Source: a virus (Duplodnaviria; Caudoviricetes). Taken from it: a DNA stretch of 64,000 nt. Positions 39,623 to 49,794 of this stretch are shown here, one piece after another. The notes beneath the pieces were generated by a model, which saw only the letters and a program-made list of their open reading frames with translations, did not search any database and was not told where the DNA came from. The DNA lies in IMG/VR virus record IMGVR_UViG_3300005680_000114, positions 4,280 through 68,279 of that record; one strand, given 5' to 3'. How positions within the stretch are numbered: the stretch's first letter is position 1; each line of letters starts with the position of its first letter. The position numbers and the translations under genes are program-made.

Positions 39623-40333
39623 ATGAGCGCTTTTCGCTACAGACCGTTTGCACGTCGGCCAAGGAGGCTAGCGCGCGCGATGCTTGGCCGTGGAGTGAAT
39701 GCTGCGCCCTCCCCGCTGCTCACGGACCTCTTTGCCTACTACACGCTCGACGAAGCAAGCGGCACGGCCGTTGATTCGCTCGGTAGTCGTAATCTGAGCG
39801 CCTTCAATTCGCCAGTTTCGACGACCGGAAAGATCGGCAATGCACGCGCGTTTGACGCGGCATCGTCACAGCGGTTGTCCTCGGTAGCTACGGATTTTTC
39901 TATTTCTGGCGACTTCGGTATTTCTCTTTGGTGGTCTACGACAATCATCGGAGACGGAAGCCCGATTTTGAATATCGGCGACGACTACAATCAATGCGAT
40001 ATCGGTCACGCAGCAAGTGGGCGTGTTACAGCATATTTAGGCGGATTATCAAACTCCGCAATTTCGTCAACGACGTTAACAGCCGGTACGCTTAGGCATT
40101 TAGTTGCAACTCGTATCGGTAGCTCCTGGCGTGTTTACGTCAACGGCGTCGCGGGTACGGCTGCCACAAATAGCACTACTCCGGCATCCGGCAAGCTGAC
40201 TCTCGGAGCAGCAAGTTTTCAGTTTGGCGATTGCGTGATAGACGAACTCGGTTTTTGGTCACGAGGATTGACCGCTGATGACGTTTCACTTCTCTTCAAC
40301 GGCGGGAGCGGGCGAACGAACCCGTTTGCGTAA
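39623..40333 (+). CDS. LamG/concanavalin-A-like lectin domain protein
   Basis: AYYTLDEASGTAVDS..GKIGNA..F..HLV.TR....YVNG..IDELGFWSR.LT. Confidence 0.85.
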   Translation: MSAFRYRPFARRPRRLARAMLGRGVNAAPSPLLTDLFAYYTLDEASGTAVDSLGSRNLSAFNSPVSTTGKIGNARAFDAASSQRLSSVATDFSISGDFGISLWWSTTIIGDGSPILNIGDDYNQCDIGHAASGRVTAYLGGLSNSAISSTTLTAGTLRHLVATRIGSSWRVYVNGVAGTAATNSTTPASGKLTLGAASFQFGDCVIDELGFWSRGLTADDVSLLFNGGSGRTNPFA

Positions 40334-40737
40334 TGACTACTCGCGAACAACTTACCGGCGCAGTCGATGCCCGAGTCGCGGAACTTAGGGCGTGGATTTC
40401 CGCGCAGCAAGACGCCTATTTAGCGACGCATGGACGCTACGCATCGCTTGGATGGTCGCACTCGAACGATCCGCAAGACGGCGTGACTGCGGCGGCTGAC
40501 AGGCTCGATTTCAAACTCCCGCATCAAGCGGAAACGTGGACGAACTTCGGCTACCCGATTCAATCGCCGATCTGCAATGCGAGCATCGACGAGTATCTGA
40601 TGCCGTCGGGTGAACGTGGGTGGATTCTAAACCTGTCGATGGGCGTTGGCGGTGAAACGTGGCGAATGGCGATTGACCACGGCGAAAACGGGTTTGGGTT
40701 CGATTGGCGCAAAGTGATGGAACCTTCTAATGTCTGA
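40333..40737 (+). CDS. Hypothetical protein
   Basis: TAATG coupling to the upstream gene. Confidence 0.6.
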   Translation: MTTREQLTGAVDARVAELRAWISAQQDAYLATHGRYASLGWSHSNDPQDGVTAAADRLDFKLPHQAETWTNFGYPIQSPICNASIDEYLMPSGERGWILNLSMGVGGETWRMAIDHGENGFGFDWRKVMEPSNV

Positions 40738-41926
40738 CTACATCGCCCGCAGCCCGTCCTACTCTCTAGCTTCCGAACTCACCACGTTTAACGACGTGGT
40801 CGATTCGTTGTTGGACGCTTTCGGTATGGAGATCTCCGAGCGCAACAATCGCAACGCCGTGCGGGCCGTGCTCGAGGCGTATCGAGATCTTCCTAACAAG
40901 CGGGAATGGAACTACTTCAAGTACCGCCTGCCGATCACGACGTCGCCGCAGATCACCGACGGAACGGCCGAGTACGACCACACCGGCAACGTATCGGGCG
41001 AGCGCATCGTCACGTTCTCGACGGGCACGCTACCGAACGACGTGGATCTCTACTCGCTGCTCTTCAACGGCATCCACTACGACGTTGAGAAACGCATCAG
41101 CGCCACTAAGCTGCAACTGACGGAGCGAAGCAATCCGGGCGCCGACGTCGCCGCTACTACCTACGCGCTCTACAAAGATTGCTACGTCTTGCCGCTCGAC
41201 TTCCAATCCAGCGGCATCGTGCTCGACGTCAGCAGCCGCTACGCGACGCTCGACTACAAGAGCCCCGACGAGCTCCTTCGCACGACTCGCGGATATTCTG
41301 CCGGGCAACCGTACTGTTACACGTTCCGAGCCGTGCCGCGACGGCAGGGCGTCATCGGCCTTTACTTCGGACCGACGCCGACGACGGCCCGCAACTACGA
41401 AGTCATCTACAACCGCAAGCCGCGGCCGCTGACCACGCAACTTTACAGCACCGGTTCGGCGACCGTCTCGAGCGGATCCCAATCGGTGACGATCAGCGGG
41501 GCGGCGCTTACGCAACGCCATGTCGGTTCGGTCATTCGCTTCGGCACGGCGGCGGATCTCCCGCTTCCGATGCAGGGCGGGCTCTTGGACGGCACGTCGG
41601 CCGCACTCGAGCGCATCATCGATAGCGTCGAATCGGCTACGGCTCTCACGCTGGACGCGGCGGCCGACGCGGCATATTCCGGCGTAAAGTTCACCATTAG
41701 CTCCCCGATCGACGTCAACCCGGGCCCGATGATGACATACTTCATGCGGGCGTGCGAAGCCGTGTTTGCCCGCCTGGAAGGTCGCGAAGATCGCAAGGAA
41801 CGGGAAGGCGCGGCCTTCGATGCGCTTCGCGACGCCGCTTCGGCGGACAACGCTTCGGCCGAATCGAACGAACCTCGCTTTGGTCCGGTCCGTCTTGGCG
41901 ACTTAGCGTCGAGCGTAACCCCGTAG
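40730..41926 (+). CDS. Head-tail adaptor / tail tubular protein A-like
   Basis: Helical N- and C-termini, YALPLDF/PTP..Y motifs and an inserted beta domain. Confidence 0.65.
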   Translation: MSDYIARSPSYSLASELTTFNDVVDSLLDAFGMEISERNNRNAVRAVLEAYRDLPNKREWNYFKYRLPITTSPQITDGTAEYDHTGNVSGERIVTFSTGTLPNDVDLYSLLFNGIHYDVEKRISATKLQLTERSNPGADVAATTYALYKDCYVLPLDFQSSGIVLDVSSRYATLDYKSPDELLRTTRGYSAGQPYCYTFRAVPRRQGVIGLYFGPTPTTARNYEVIYNRKPRPLTTQLYSTGSATVSSGSQSVTISGAALTQRHVGSVIRFGTAADLPLPMQGGLLDGTSAALERIIDSVESATALTLDAAADAAYSGVKFTISSPIDVNPGPMMTYFMRACEAVFARLEGREDRKEREGAAFDALRDAASADNASAESNEPRFGPVRLGDLASSVTP

Positions 41927-41933
41927 GTGACTT

Positions 41934-42116
41934 GTGAGCATCAACGACAAGCCGAAGAGCCGCGTCGAGATCCGGAGCTTTGAAGGCGTGAACACGCACG
42001 CCGATCGGCACGATCTCTCCCCCGGCGAATCGCAATCGCAAGTCAACGTCACCGTTCAGAAGTCAAACCAATTGCAGGTGCGAAGCGGATACCGCGTCGT
42101 ACGCTTTGAGGAATAG
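41934..42116 (+). CDS. Small tail protein resembling the N-terminal segment of nozzle/tail tubular B proteins
   Basis: F.GVNT..D..DL.PGES..QVNV......LQVRSG. Confidence 0.5.
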   Translation: MSINDKPKSRVEIRSFEGVNTHADRHDLSPGESQSQVNVTVQKSNQLQVRSGYRVVRFEE

Positions 42117-42118
42117 CG

Positions 42119-42415
42119 ATGTTCTTAGGATTCGTCGAACTCGAAGGCACGCTCAACGCTCACATTCAGTTGGCCAACGGCAACGCGCCGCAGACGGCCG
42201 ACGCGCAGCCGACGTTTCGGATCTACGGCGCCGACTCGACGCCGGTGCAGACCGGCACGGCAAGCGCCGTCGTCGATAGCCAGACCGGCCTTCACAAGAT
42301 CACCCAGGCCTGCACCGCGGCCAACGGCTTCGCGCGGGGCACGTACACGATTCGCGTGGCCTACGCCGTTTCGGCCGCAGCCAAGGTTCAAAGCTACACC
42401 TTCACGATCGTCTAA
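42119..42415 (+). CDS. Ig-like small structural protein
   Basis: NAPQTADAQPTFRIY; paralogous to the next gene. Confidence 0.6.
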   Translation: MFLGFVELEGTLNAHIQLANGNAPQTADAQPTFRIYGADSTPVQTGTASAVVDSQTGLHKITQACTAANGFARGTYTIRVAYAVSAAAKVQSYTFTIV

Positions 42416-42840
42416 TGTTTCGCGGACGCTATCAACTTGGCGACGAAGCGCCCATCGGCGTGCAATGCACGGACGCCGACAACGCCCCCGCTGCGCCTGA
42501 CGCGGCGCCGACGTTCAGCATCTACAACGAATCGGGAACCAAGATCGTCACCGATAAGAAGATCCCGCCGAAGGATCGGGCGCAAGCGACGGGGCTCTTT
42601 GAGCATTTCGTGCGGCTGGGCAGCGACTTCGCCGTCGGCCGCTACACGGTGCTCTATAAGTGGACGACGGGCGAAGGAACCTTTTCCGGCCGTGCCGTCG
42701 ACCATCTGGAGATAATCGCCGGCGGCAGCACGGACGGGACCGTCATCGCGATGCACTACTACGAGGCGCAGCAAGCCGCCTTCATCGTTCAACACACCGA
42801 CGCCGGGCTCATCAAGGCCGGCAAGAATCCGAGGGTTTAG
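42415..42840 (+). CDS. Ig-like small structural protein
   Basis: NAPAAPDAAPTFSIY; TAATG coupling. Confidence 0.6.
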   Translation: MFRGRYQLGDEAPIGVQCTDADNAPAAPDAAPTFSIYNESGTKIVTDKKIPPKDRAQATGLFEHFVRLGSDFAVGRYTVLYKWTTGEGTFSGRAVDHLEIIAGGSTDGTVIAMHYYEAQQAAFIVQHTDAGLIKAGKNPRV

Positions 42841-42842
42841 CA

Positions 42843-43427
42843 ATGTTCCAATGGCTTAGTTTCTTTCAGAAGGTTCTCGTCGCGATCGGTACGTGGTTGG
42901 CGAGCAGCATCGTCAGCTTCTTCCTTGTCCGGCAAGAAGGCTGGGCGGACATTTTCAACGCGGACGGTACGTTTAATCGCCGCGAGAAACTGACGCTGCG
43001 ATTCTTCAACGGCATCACGACGGCAGGCATCAATAACCTGTTCAACGTCTATTTCGGTGCGACGTCAAAGGCCGCCGCGTGGTACATGGGTTTGATCGGC
43101 AGCAGCGGCTATTCCGCACTGGCCGCCGCCGACACGATGTCGTCGCACGGTGGCTGGACGGAAGAGCACACGAACTACTCGCAGGCGACGCGTCCTCAAT
43201 GGACGCCGGCCAGCGCATCGGGAGGCAGCGTCAGCAATTCCTCGAGCGTCGACTTTACGATTACCGGCAGCGTCACCGTAAAGGGAATCTTTCTCGTCGA
43301 TAATTCAACGAAGAACGGATCCACGGGAACGCTCTGGGCGACGGCTCTGTTCACGTCCGGCGATCAAGCCCTGGTGAACGGCCAAACGCTGAAGGTCACT
43401 TACATTTGCAACGGCGCGTCGTCCTAA
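42843..43427 (+). CDS. Phage tail-associated protein
   Basis: NGITTAG.N.LF..YF..WYMGLI..LAAADTMSSH.GWTE, a conserved phage tail family pattern. Confidence 0.7.
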   Translation: MFQWLSFFQKVLVAIGTWLASSIVSFFLVRQEGWADIFNADGTFNRREKLTLRFFNGITTAGINNLFNVYFGATSKAAAWYMGLIGSSGYSALAAADTMSSHGGWTEEHTNYSQATRPQWTPASASGGSVSNSSSVDFTITGSVTVKGIFLVDNSTKNGSTGTLWATALFTSGDQALVNGQTLKVTYICNGASS

Positions 43428-43438
43428 CGGGGTGAAGT

Positions 43439-43939
43439 ATGGCGTCTGGAAATACGCTGATCACGTTCGGCCCGTTGGACAACGAACCGCCGTCGAGCAA
43501 CTACGCGACAATCGACACGCGCAATCAACAGCCGTGCCTCGACTTCGATGCGTCGACCGACGAGTCCGCGGTGTTTTCCGGCGTGCTGCCCCGGCACTAC
43601 GCCGGCGGCGGGATCACGGTTCGCCTGTTCTGGGCCGGTTCAACGGCGACGTCGGGCACTTGCCGTTGGGACGTCTCCATCGAGCGGCAGGCCGACGAGG
43701 GCCAGGATCTCGATTCCGATGGCTTCGCGTCCGCTCAGTCGGCGGGCGGCACGGCCCCCGGTACCAGCGGCTCGCTGCAATACACCGACATCGCCTTTAC
43801 CGACGGCGCGCAGATGGACAGCCTTGCCGCCGGCGAACGCTTCCGCCTTAAAGTCACGCGTGACGCTGACGGGTCCGGCGGCACGGACGACATGACGGGC
43901 GATGCTGAATTGTTCGGCGTCGAGATCCGCGAGACGTAA
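43439..43939 (+). CDS. Virion structural protein
   Basis: Jelly-roll-like; in the late operon. Confidence 0.6.
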   Translation: MASGNTLITFGPLDNEPPSSNYATIDTRNQQPCLDFDASTDESAVFSGVLPRHYAGGGITVRLFWAGSTATSGTCRWDVSIERQADEGQDLDSDGFASAQSAGGTAPGTSGSLQYTDIAFTDGAQMDSLAAGERFRLKVTRDADGSGGTDDMTGDAELFGVEIRET

Positions 43940-43949
43940 GGGGCGCAAC

Positions 43950-44882
43950 GTGGCGATTAGTTGCAGTAGCGCGTCGTATGTTCGCTTCTCGGCCGCGTCC
44001 GGGTCGCTGCCGCAAACCGTGGCGATGTGGTTCCGCGCGCCGGATACGACCAACAACATCGATATATTCTCGAACAGCAACAACTGCACGATTACTCTAA
44101 ACGGCAGCGGGGCGGATAAGTTGCAGGTGAACGACGACGTCGGCACCGTTGTTACTAGCTCAGGATCGTACACGGCAAACACGTGGTATCACATGGCTTG
44201 CCGAATTGAAAGCACTGTCCAAGCCAGCATCTTCCTCGACGGCTCAAAGACGTCCGGATCTGCCGGCGGCGGGACAATGGGCGCCGCAGTTACGGCTCGT
44301 TTCGGCAACACCTTTGCTGCGAGCGTGCAGGTAGCAGAGCTCGCGATTTGGAACGCGCAGCTAACCGACGCGGAAGTTGCGATTCTTTCACTTGGAATGT
44401 CGCCTGCGATTGTTCGGCCTCAAAGCCTGCTGCACTATCTGCCGTGTATTCGCAATGTTCGTGACGCGTGGCGTTCAACAACTATTGCGGACGCCGGCGG
44501 CGCTGTTATCGATCATCCCCGCATCTTCTATCGTCGCTCGCGGCGTGTGTTCTTCTCGCCGCCGCCGAACACCGTCGAGCGATCGGCAATCAGCACGTTG
44601 GCGTTGTCGCAGTCGTCGGCCCCGTCCGAACTCGCCGCATCGGCCGCCAACTCCCTTGTGTTGTCGCAGCGTTCGTTCCCGCCGTTTAACGAGCAGACCG
44701 TCACGCAAACCCTCACGCTCGAGCAGCAACGGCAATACAACAACAACGCCCAAAACGCCCTCGCGCTCTCGCATCAGGCCTACGCGCCGGAAGTGCTGCG
44801 GACCATCGAGCAGACGCTTCGCTTTCGTCAAATCGTACGCGCGACCACGGGGAACATTGCCAGCGGTCGATACCGGAGATAA
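43950..44882 (+). CDS. LamG-domain tail/receptor-binding protein
   Basis: TVAMWF..TWYHMA..IFLDG..VAELAIWNAQLTDAEV; repetitive TL.L.Q C-terminus. Confidence 0.75.
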   Translation: MAISCSSASYVRFSAASGSLPQTVAMWFRAPDTTNNIDIFSNSNNCTITLNGSGADKLQVNDDVGTVVTSSGSYTANTWYHMACRIESTVQASIFLDGSKTSGSAGGGTMGAAVTARFGNTFAASVQVAELAIWNAQLTDAEVAILSLGMSPAIVRPQSLLHYLPCIRNVRDAWRSTTIADAGGAVIDHPRIFYRRSRRVFFSPPPNTVERSAISTLALSQSSAPSELAASAANSLVLSQRSFPPFNEQTVTQTLTLEQQRQYNNNAQNALALSHQAYAPEVLRTIEQTLRFRQIVRATTGNIASGRYRR

Positions 44883-44885
44883 GCC

Positions 44886-47147
44886 GTGCCTCACAGTTTC
44901 GCCGAAAGCCCCGACGGCTTGCTCTACTTTGCTTCGGGCGTCGACAAGATCATGCGGTGGGACGGCCGCACGAACTTCGCGGAGATCGCGGGCGTTGAAC
45001 CGCCGGCCACCAAGCCGACGATTGCCGGCAGCGGCAACGGTGCCATCGTCGGCACGTATCGCGCGTATGTGCGGTTTCTGGATCAGTACGGCAACCCGTC
45101 GAATCTGTCACCCGTCTCCGATGAGCTCGAGATCGAGGGGGCCACTGGCCTTATCACCGACGCCAGTAATTCCGTGCCGATTTCCGTCACGTCTGCCGCT
45201 CACGGTCTAACGACGGGCTCCACCGTCAAGATCACGGGCGTCGAAGGCAACGACGCCGCAAACGGCACGTGGACGATCACCGTGGTCGACACCGATACTT
45301 TCACCCTCGACGATTCGGCCGGCAATGCGGCTTATCGCGGCGCGGGCGAGTGGGTCCGCGGCGTCGACACGATTGCCTACACGAACGTGCCGACAAGCGA
45401 CGATCCGAAGGTGGCGAAGCGTCAGCTTCTTCGCAACACGGACGGGCAAGCTACCGTCTTCTACGTCGACCTCGAGACGACGGATCTTTCGACTTCGAGC
45501 TTCACGTCGACCAAGACGGATGATGATCTACTGGACGAAGAGGCCGTCGCACTGTTTGATGACGACGGCTTCACGGATCTTGCGGTTTCGCGGTACACCG
45601 TTCCGCCTGCCGACCGCAAGTATCTGGTCAACATGCTCGGCCGCATGTTCGGCGCCGGCGTCGTGCGTTACACGCAAGGAGCGGTCGCCGTCACGTTCGG
45701 ATCGGCGACGATCACCGGCATCGGCACGGAATGGACGGCCGAAATGGAGGGGCGATTCATCGCCGTCGACGGCGCTCCGAAGGTGTACGAGCTCGAGTCC
45801 GTCGATGTCGCCACACAGACCGCCGAGCTTGCCGAAGCTTATCTCGGCCCGACGGATCCGTACTCGACCTATGCGATCGAACCGGCATCGTCGCGACGTC
45901 GTGCCGTCGACTATAGCGAGTCGTTCTTGTCGGAAGCGTGGCCGCCGTCCAACAACGTCGGCATTGAAGCCGACAGCCAGGCCAACGAGGTTACCGGCCT
46001 ACTGCGGCACGATTCGTTCTTGTTCATCCTGCACCGCAATCGCGTGCGTAGGCTGACGTATCAAAACGACCCGTCGCCGATCACGGGCGACGGCGGGGTA
46101 TTCAATGCCGCTGCGCGCGGCAGCGTGAACCAACGCTGTGCCTTGTTGGTCAATGACTTGGCGGGAATGCTCGACGACGAAGGCGTACACATCGTGGCCG
46201 GTCCGGACGACATTCCGGTCAGCGAGAAGATTCGGGCGTTGTTCGACGCTTCGGAGTCCGGCCCGTTCGTGATTCAGTGGCGATACGCGGAGAACTTTCA
46301 TGCGGTCTACGATTCGGGCAACCAAGTCATGCGTTGGTTTGTTTGCTTGGACGGTAGTCGTTATCCACGGCATGCCCTCGCGCTCGATTACATGGAACGG
46401 CGATGGTGGATCGAAGAATACTACCGACCGATCGCATCAAGCTGCGTGGGGCGTATCAACGGCCGACCGCAAGTGTTTCTCGGCACGAACGCTGCGCAGG
46501 TGCTCGCGTTTGGTGCGGGCGAGCTCGACGGTCCGGATCCGCAGGCCGGCACCACACGCGGCACGCCGACGTCAATCGGTCTGACGTGGCTTGCCGATTC
46601 GACCGCGTCGTTCGGTGCGGATCTCGTAAACGCTCCCGTGCATATCGTCGACGGTACCGGACGCGGGCAGTGGCGTACGATCATAGCGGCGACGTCGACG
46701 CGGCTCACGCTCGATCGACCGTGGTCTACGATGCCGACCACGGATAGCACGTACCAAGTCGGCGGCATTGCATGGTCATGGCAAAGCGGCACGTTCCGTT
46801 GGTCGCCCAGCGAAAGCGAAGTGCCGCGGCGGCTGATGACGATCACGAAGACCACCGACAACGCCGCGATCATGTCGGCAAGGGTCAAGCTCGATCGATC
46901 GGCGGGCGGTCAGAAGTGGGGCAAGACGATCGGCTCGCGTTCGGGCGAAGGCGTTAAGACGACGGCCGGCGAAGAATACGCCGATTTGGATCTCACAAAG
47001 TCCGACGGCTTCCATCAAATGAAGTTCAGCGAACCGGCAGTGCGGAATGCGCAACGTCCGCGATTCGTCGACGTCGAACTCTCCGGCGTGAAGTCAGTCG
47101 ACCCGATCATTATCTATGAACTCACCATCGACGGCAGCGATCAATGA
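44886..47147 (+). CDS. Tail nozzle / tail tubular protein B-like beta-propeller
   Basis: 753 aa; SESFLSEAWP, G.V.Q.C motifs; contains a ubiquitin-activating-FCCH-like AHGL.TG..V.I.GV insert. Confidence 0.72.
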   Translation: MPHSFAESPDGLLYFASGVDKIMRWDGRTNFAEIAGVEPPATKPTIAGSGNGAIVGTYRAYVRFLDQYGNPSNLSPVSDELEIEGATGLITDASNSVPISVTSAAHGLTTGSTVKITGVEGNDAANGTWTITVVDTDTFTLDDSAGNAAYRGAGEWVRGVDTIAYTNVPTSDDPKVAKRQLLRNTDGQATVFYVDLETTDLSTSSFTSTKTDDDLLDEEAVALFDDDGFTDLAVSRYTVPPADRKYLVNMLGRMFGAGVVRYTQGAVAVTFGSATITGIGTEWTAEMEGRFIAVDGAPKVYELESVDVATQTAELAEAYLGPTDPYSTYAIEPASSRRRAVDYSESFLSEAWPPSNNVGIEADSQANEVTGLLRHDSFLFILHRNRVRRLTYQNDPSPITGDGGVFNAAARGSVNQRCALLVNDLAGMLDDEGVHIVAGPDDIPVSEKIRALFDASESGPFVIQWRYAENFHAVYDSGNQVMRWFVCLDGSRYPRHALALDYMERRWWIEEYYRPIASSCVGRINGRPQVFLGTNAAQVLAFGAGELDGPDPQAGTTRGTPTSIGLTWLADSTASFGADLVNAPVHIVDGTGRGQWRTIIAATSTRLTLDRPWSTMPTTDSTYQVGGIAWSWQSGTFRWSPSESEVPRRLMTITKTTDNAAIMSARVKLDRSAGGQKWGKTIGSRSGEGVKTTAGEEYADLDLTKSDGFHQMKFSEPAVRNAQRPRFVDVELSGVKSVDPIIIYELTIDGSDQ

Positions 47148-47605
47148 GCCTGAAGTCGCTTTTTGGAAAGAGCCTCGCACGTCTGGGGCGGACGACTTGG
47201 GGAGCGAAGATTCGCGACCGAGAAGGCATCGAGCGCGACACGGGCGTCAATCAGCTTGCGCAAGAAATTGCGTCTCTATTGGGTGACGCGCGACCGCTGG
47301 AACTCACGGAACCGATTCAACTCGTCAAGAAGCATTCGGGGCCGCTGTTCAATATCGCCTTGGGGCAAGATGCTCCGAGCACGCTGGCGACGTTCACGCG
47401 CAACGGTGAGGAAGTGGCGCAGGCCTCGACGTCGGCAGACGGCTCGAGCACAGGCACGAATCGCGTTACGCAGAACATCGCCAACGCAATCGGTTCTTTG
47501 TATCGCGTAGCATCGATCAGCGAGAACGGACTTGTGACGCTCGACGAGATCGACGCGTCGGGCAACGCAACCGGGACACAGATTCAGGCGCGGCAGCTTA
47601 CATGA
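47144..47605 (+). CDS. Hypothetical tail-region protein
   Basis: ATGA coupling. Confidence 0.6.
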   Translation: MSLKSLFGKSLARLGRTTWGAKIRDREGIERDTGVNQLAQEIASLLGDARPLELTEPIQLVKKHSGPLFNIALGQDAPSTLATFTRNGEEVAQASTSADGSSTGTNRVTQNIANAIGSLYRVASISENGLVTLDEIDASGNATGTQIQARQLT

Positions 47606-48822
47606 GCCTTAGCGTCGGTCAGCTTTGTACGGTGGTCTATGCCGACGGCGGTGTTCGCGTCGCGCTTCCGGTGGAGATTGCAACCAACGGTCAGCGTGCG
47701 TTCTTAGCCGACTTCGGAATCAGCGGGTCCGGCGTTCCCGTTCGGATCCAAACGATCAATGAGATCGCATCGACAGTTCCGGAAGCGCCGCATGATCCGC
47801 GATTAAACCGTGTCGTGGGAACCGTCGCTCGAGACGCGTCACAAACCCCGGTGTTTGTACCGCTAGGCGTTATCCCCGAGACGCCGCCTACACCGACGCC
47901 GTCGTCTACGTTCTTTGTCGTATTCGCCGACACGGCTCCAGTGCAGGCCAGCGGCGCAAGCTCGCCGAACGCGTTCTATCGACGCAAAGCCGGCGAGTAC
48001 GACATCGAGGTGACAACGCTCAACTTCCCCGAGCGGCTGTTTCTCATCAATGGCGGAAACTTTCCGAATCAAATTCGCTGGTATGTAAGCGACGGCGCGA
48101 ACTACGCCTTTCTCGGCAGCGGGCTAATCCGCGAGTTTCTAACTACGCCCACGATCGCGATTCGCGAGATCACGCGCACTATTAACGCCGACGGGTTTGA
48201 CGTGATCTCGCAAGACACCATTCGCACATTCAACGTCACGCCTGGCGCAACACGAATTCTGGACGGCTCCAACCGCGTCATCGAATTCCGTCGGTTCGAT
48301 CAACAGGGAATGTTTTATCTTTACCCGACTGGATACGTGTTCTTTGGAGCTCCGAGCGCCCCGCGTAAGCAATCGATTACTTACGAGTCCGACGACGACG
48401 GCTACTTCCCGCAGGCGATTCAGCAGTTCCGCACGAACCTTGATCAGTGGCCGACTCTGCCGCCGGCGTTCGTGTATCATTTGCCGCTCTCCAACGACGC
48501 CGTCACGGGCACGTTGAATCAAATCCTTCCTACCGGCGTCATCGACACACGTCCACTCGAGATCATTCGCGGCCCCTACCCTACGGCGGGGCAAGTGGTC
48601 GCCAGTCTTCAGGCACGCGCCAGCGCAGAAGGGATCCGCGAGGTTCGATTCGTCACCGCCATGGCGACGGTGCGGGCCGTGAATCGCGTCACAGCGCTAA
48701 TCGATGAAGTCGTCGGTGCGCTTCGGGCGTCGTACGGGCAGGTCGTCCACAGCACGACAGTAGCGAACGGAAACGACTGGCTCGGAACACTTGCGACGCT
48801 GGCCGAGAATATCCCGGGCTAA
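47602..48822 (+). CDS. Hypothetical tail-region protein
   Basis: 406-aa ORF with ATGA coupling. Confidence 0.65.
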   Translation: MSLSVGQLCTVVYADGGVRVALPVEIATNGQRAFLADFGISGSGVPVRIQTINEIASTVPEAPHDPRLNRVVGTVARDASQTPVFVPLGVIPETPPTPTPSSTFFVVFADTAPVQASGASSPNAFYRRKAGEYDIEVTTLNFPERLFLINGGNFPNQIRWYVSDGANYAFLGSGLIREFLTTPTIAIREITRTINADGFDVISQDTIRTFNVTPGATRILDGSNRVIEFRRFDQQGMFYLYPTGYVFFGAPSAPRKQSITYESDDDGYFPQAIQQFRTNLDQWPTLPPAFVYHLPLSNDAVTGTLNQILPTGVIDTRPLEIIRGPYPTAGQVVASLQARASAEGIREVRFVTAMATVRAVNRVTALIDEVVGALRASYGQVVHSTTVANGNDWLGTLATLAENIPG

Positions 48823-48861
48823 CGCGCGGACTACAATTAGCAGCAGAAAGGAAGGTGTGAT

Positions 48862-49782
48862 GTGAGCATCTATCGCGGTACCGGAAGCGGCGGATTCCAT
48901 AATTACGCGTCGGCCGAATCGTTTCGCCAGCAACGCAATCTCGATGTCGCCAAGAATGCCGCCGACGTGAACCGCATCATGTCGGGCGGAACGACCGGCA
49001 ACAACCAGTCGGCGGCCAGCGTGTTTGCTTCGGCGACTCAGCCCGCCGGCGCAGGAAACTCCATCGGCCCGGAGTCATTCAAGGCCGCGTTCACGGGCAC
49101 GCTGACGCCGCAACAAAGCTCGGCTTTGCGGACGTACTACAACCCGTCGCTCTGGAATTCGATTTCCGGTACCGACGAGTTTGCGACGGGCGGCCTTGGA
49201 GCCGGCGGCGGCATGGGCGGCGCGGGCGGCGGCACGCTTTCCGGATCCACGGTCAACTACGACACGATGGGCAAGGAACGTCTCGCCGCGCAGAACGCTC
49301 TCGATCTTTCGATTCTGTCGCAGCAAGGTCGGCAGACCTCGCTCGATAAGATCCTGCCGCTCTTGTCGACGGCGTTCGGTGCGGTGAGCGGCGGCAGCAT
49401 CGGCGGCCAGCAACCGACGATCAACGCCGGCCAGATTTATACGCCGCAACAAATTCAACAAGCGGTGAATCGCGGCGTAGCCGGCAACGACTCTCGCTTC
49501 GCCGGCCTGCTGCGAACTCTTGCCGGTCGGTTCGGCGCCGCGGGCATGTCGCCCGATTCGGGATTGCTCGCCGCATTGACCGCCAACGCCGGGGCGCAGA
49601 ACATCGCCCAGAACGCCAACGTGCGGACCCAAGTGCCGTTCGATATGGCGACCGGTAACGCGTCACACCTGCTCAACTCTCAGGTCGCTCAAGAGGGGCA
49701 GTTCGCCAATCGTCAACAAGAAACGCTCGCGGCTCAACGCAACGCCGTCGCCATGCTGTCGGCCGCTCTCGGCATCATTTAA
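48862..49782 (+). CDS. Internal virion / DNA ejection protein candidate
   Basis: Gly/Ala/Gln-rich, first of three genes of increasing size after the tail genes. Confidence 0.65.
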   Translation: MSIYRGTGSGGFHNYASAESFRQQRNLDVAKNAADVNRIMSGGTTGNNQSAASVFASATQPAGAGNSIGPESFKAAFTGTLTPQQSSALRTYYNPSLWNSISGTDEFATGGLGAGGGMGGAGGGTLSGSTVNYDTMGKERLAAQNALDLSILSQQGRQTSLDKILPLLSTAFGAVSGGSIGGQQPTINAGQIYTPQQIQQAVNRGVAGNDSRFAGLLRTLAGRFGAAGMSPDSGLLAALTANAGAQNIAQNANVRTQVPFDMATGNASHLLNSQVAQEGQFANRQQETLAAQRNAVAMLSAALGII

Positions 49783-49794
49783 TCACGGTGAATC

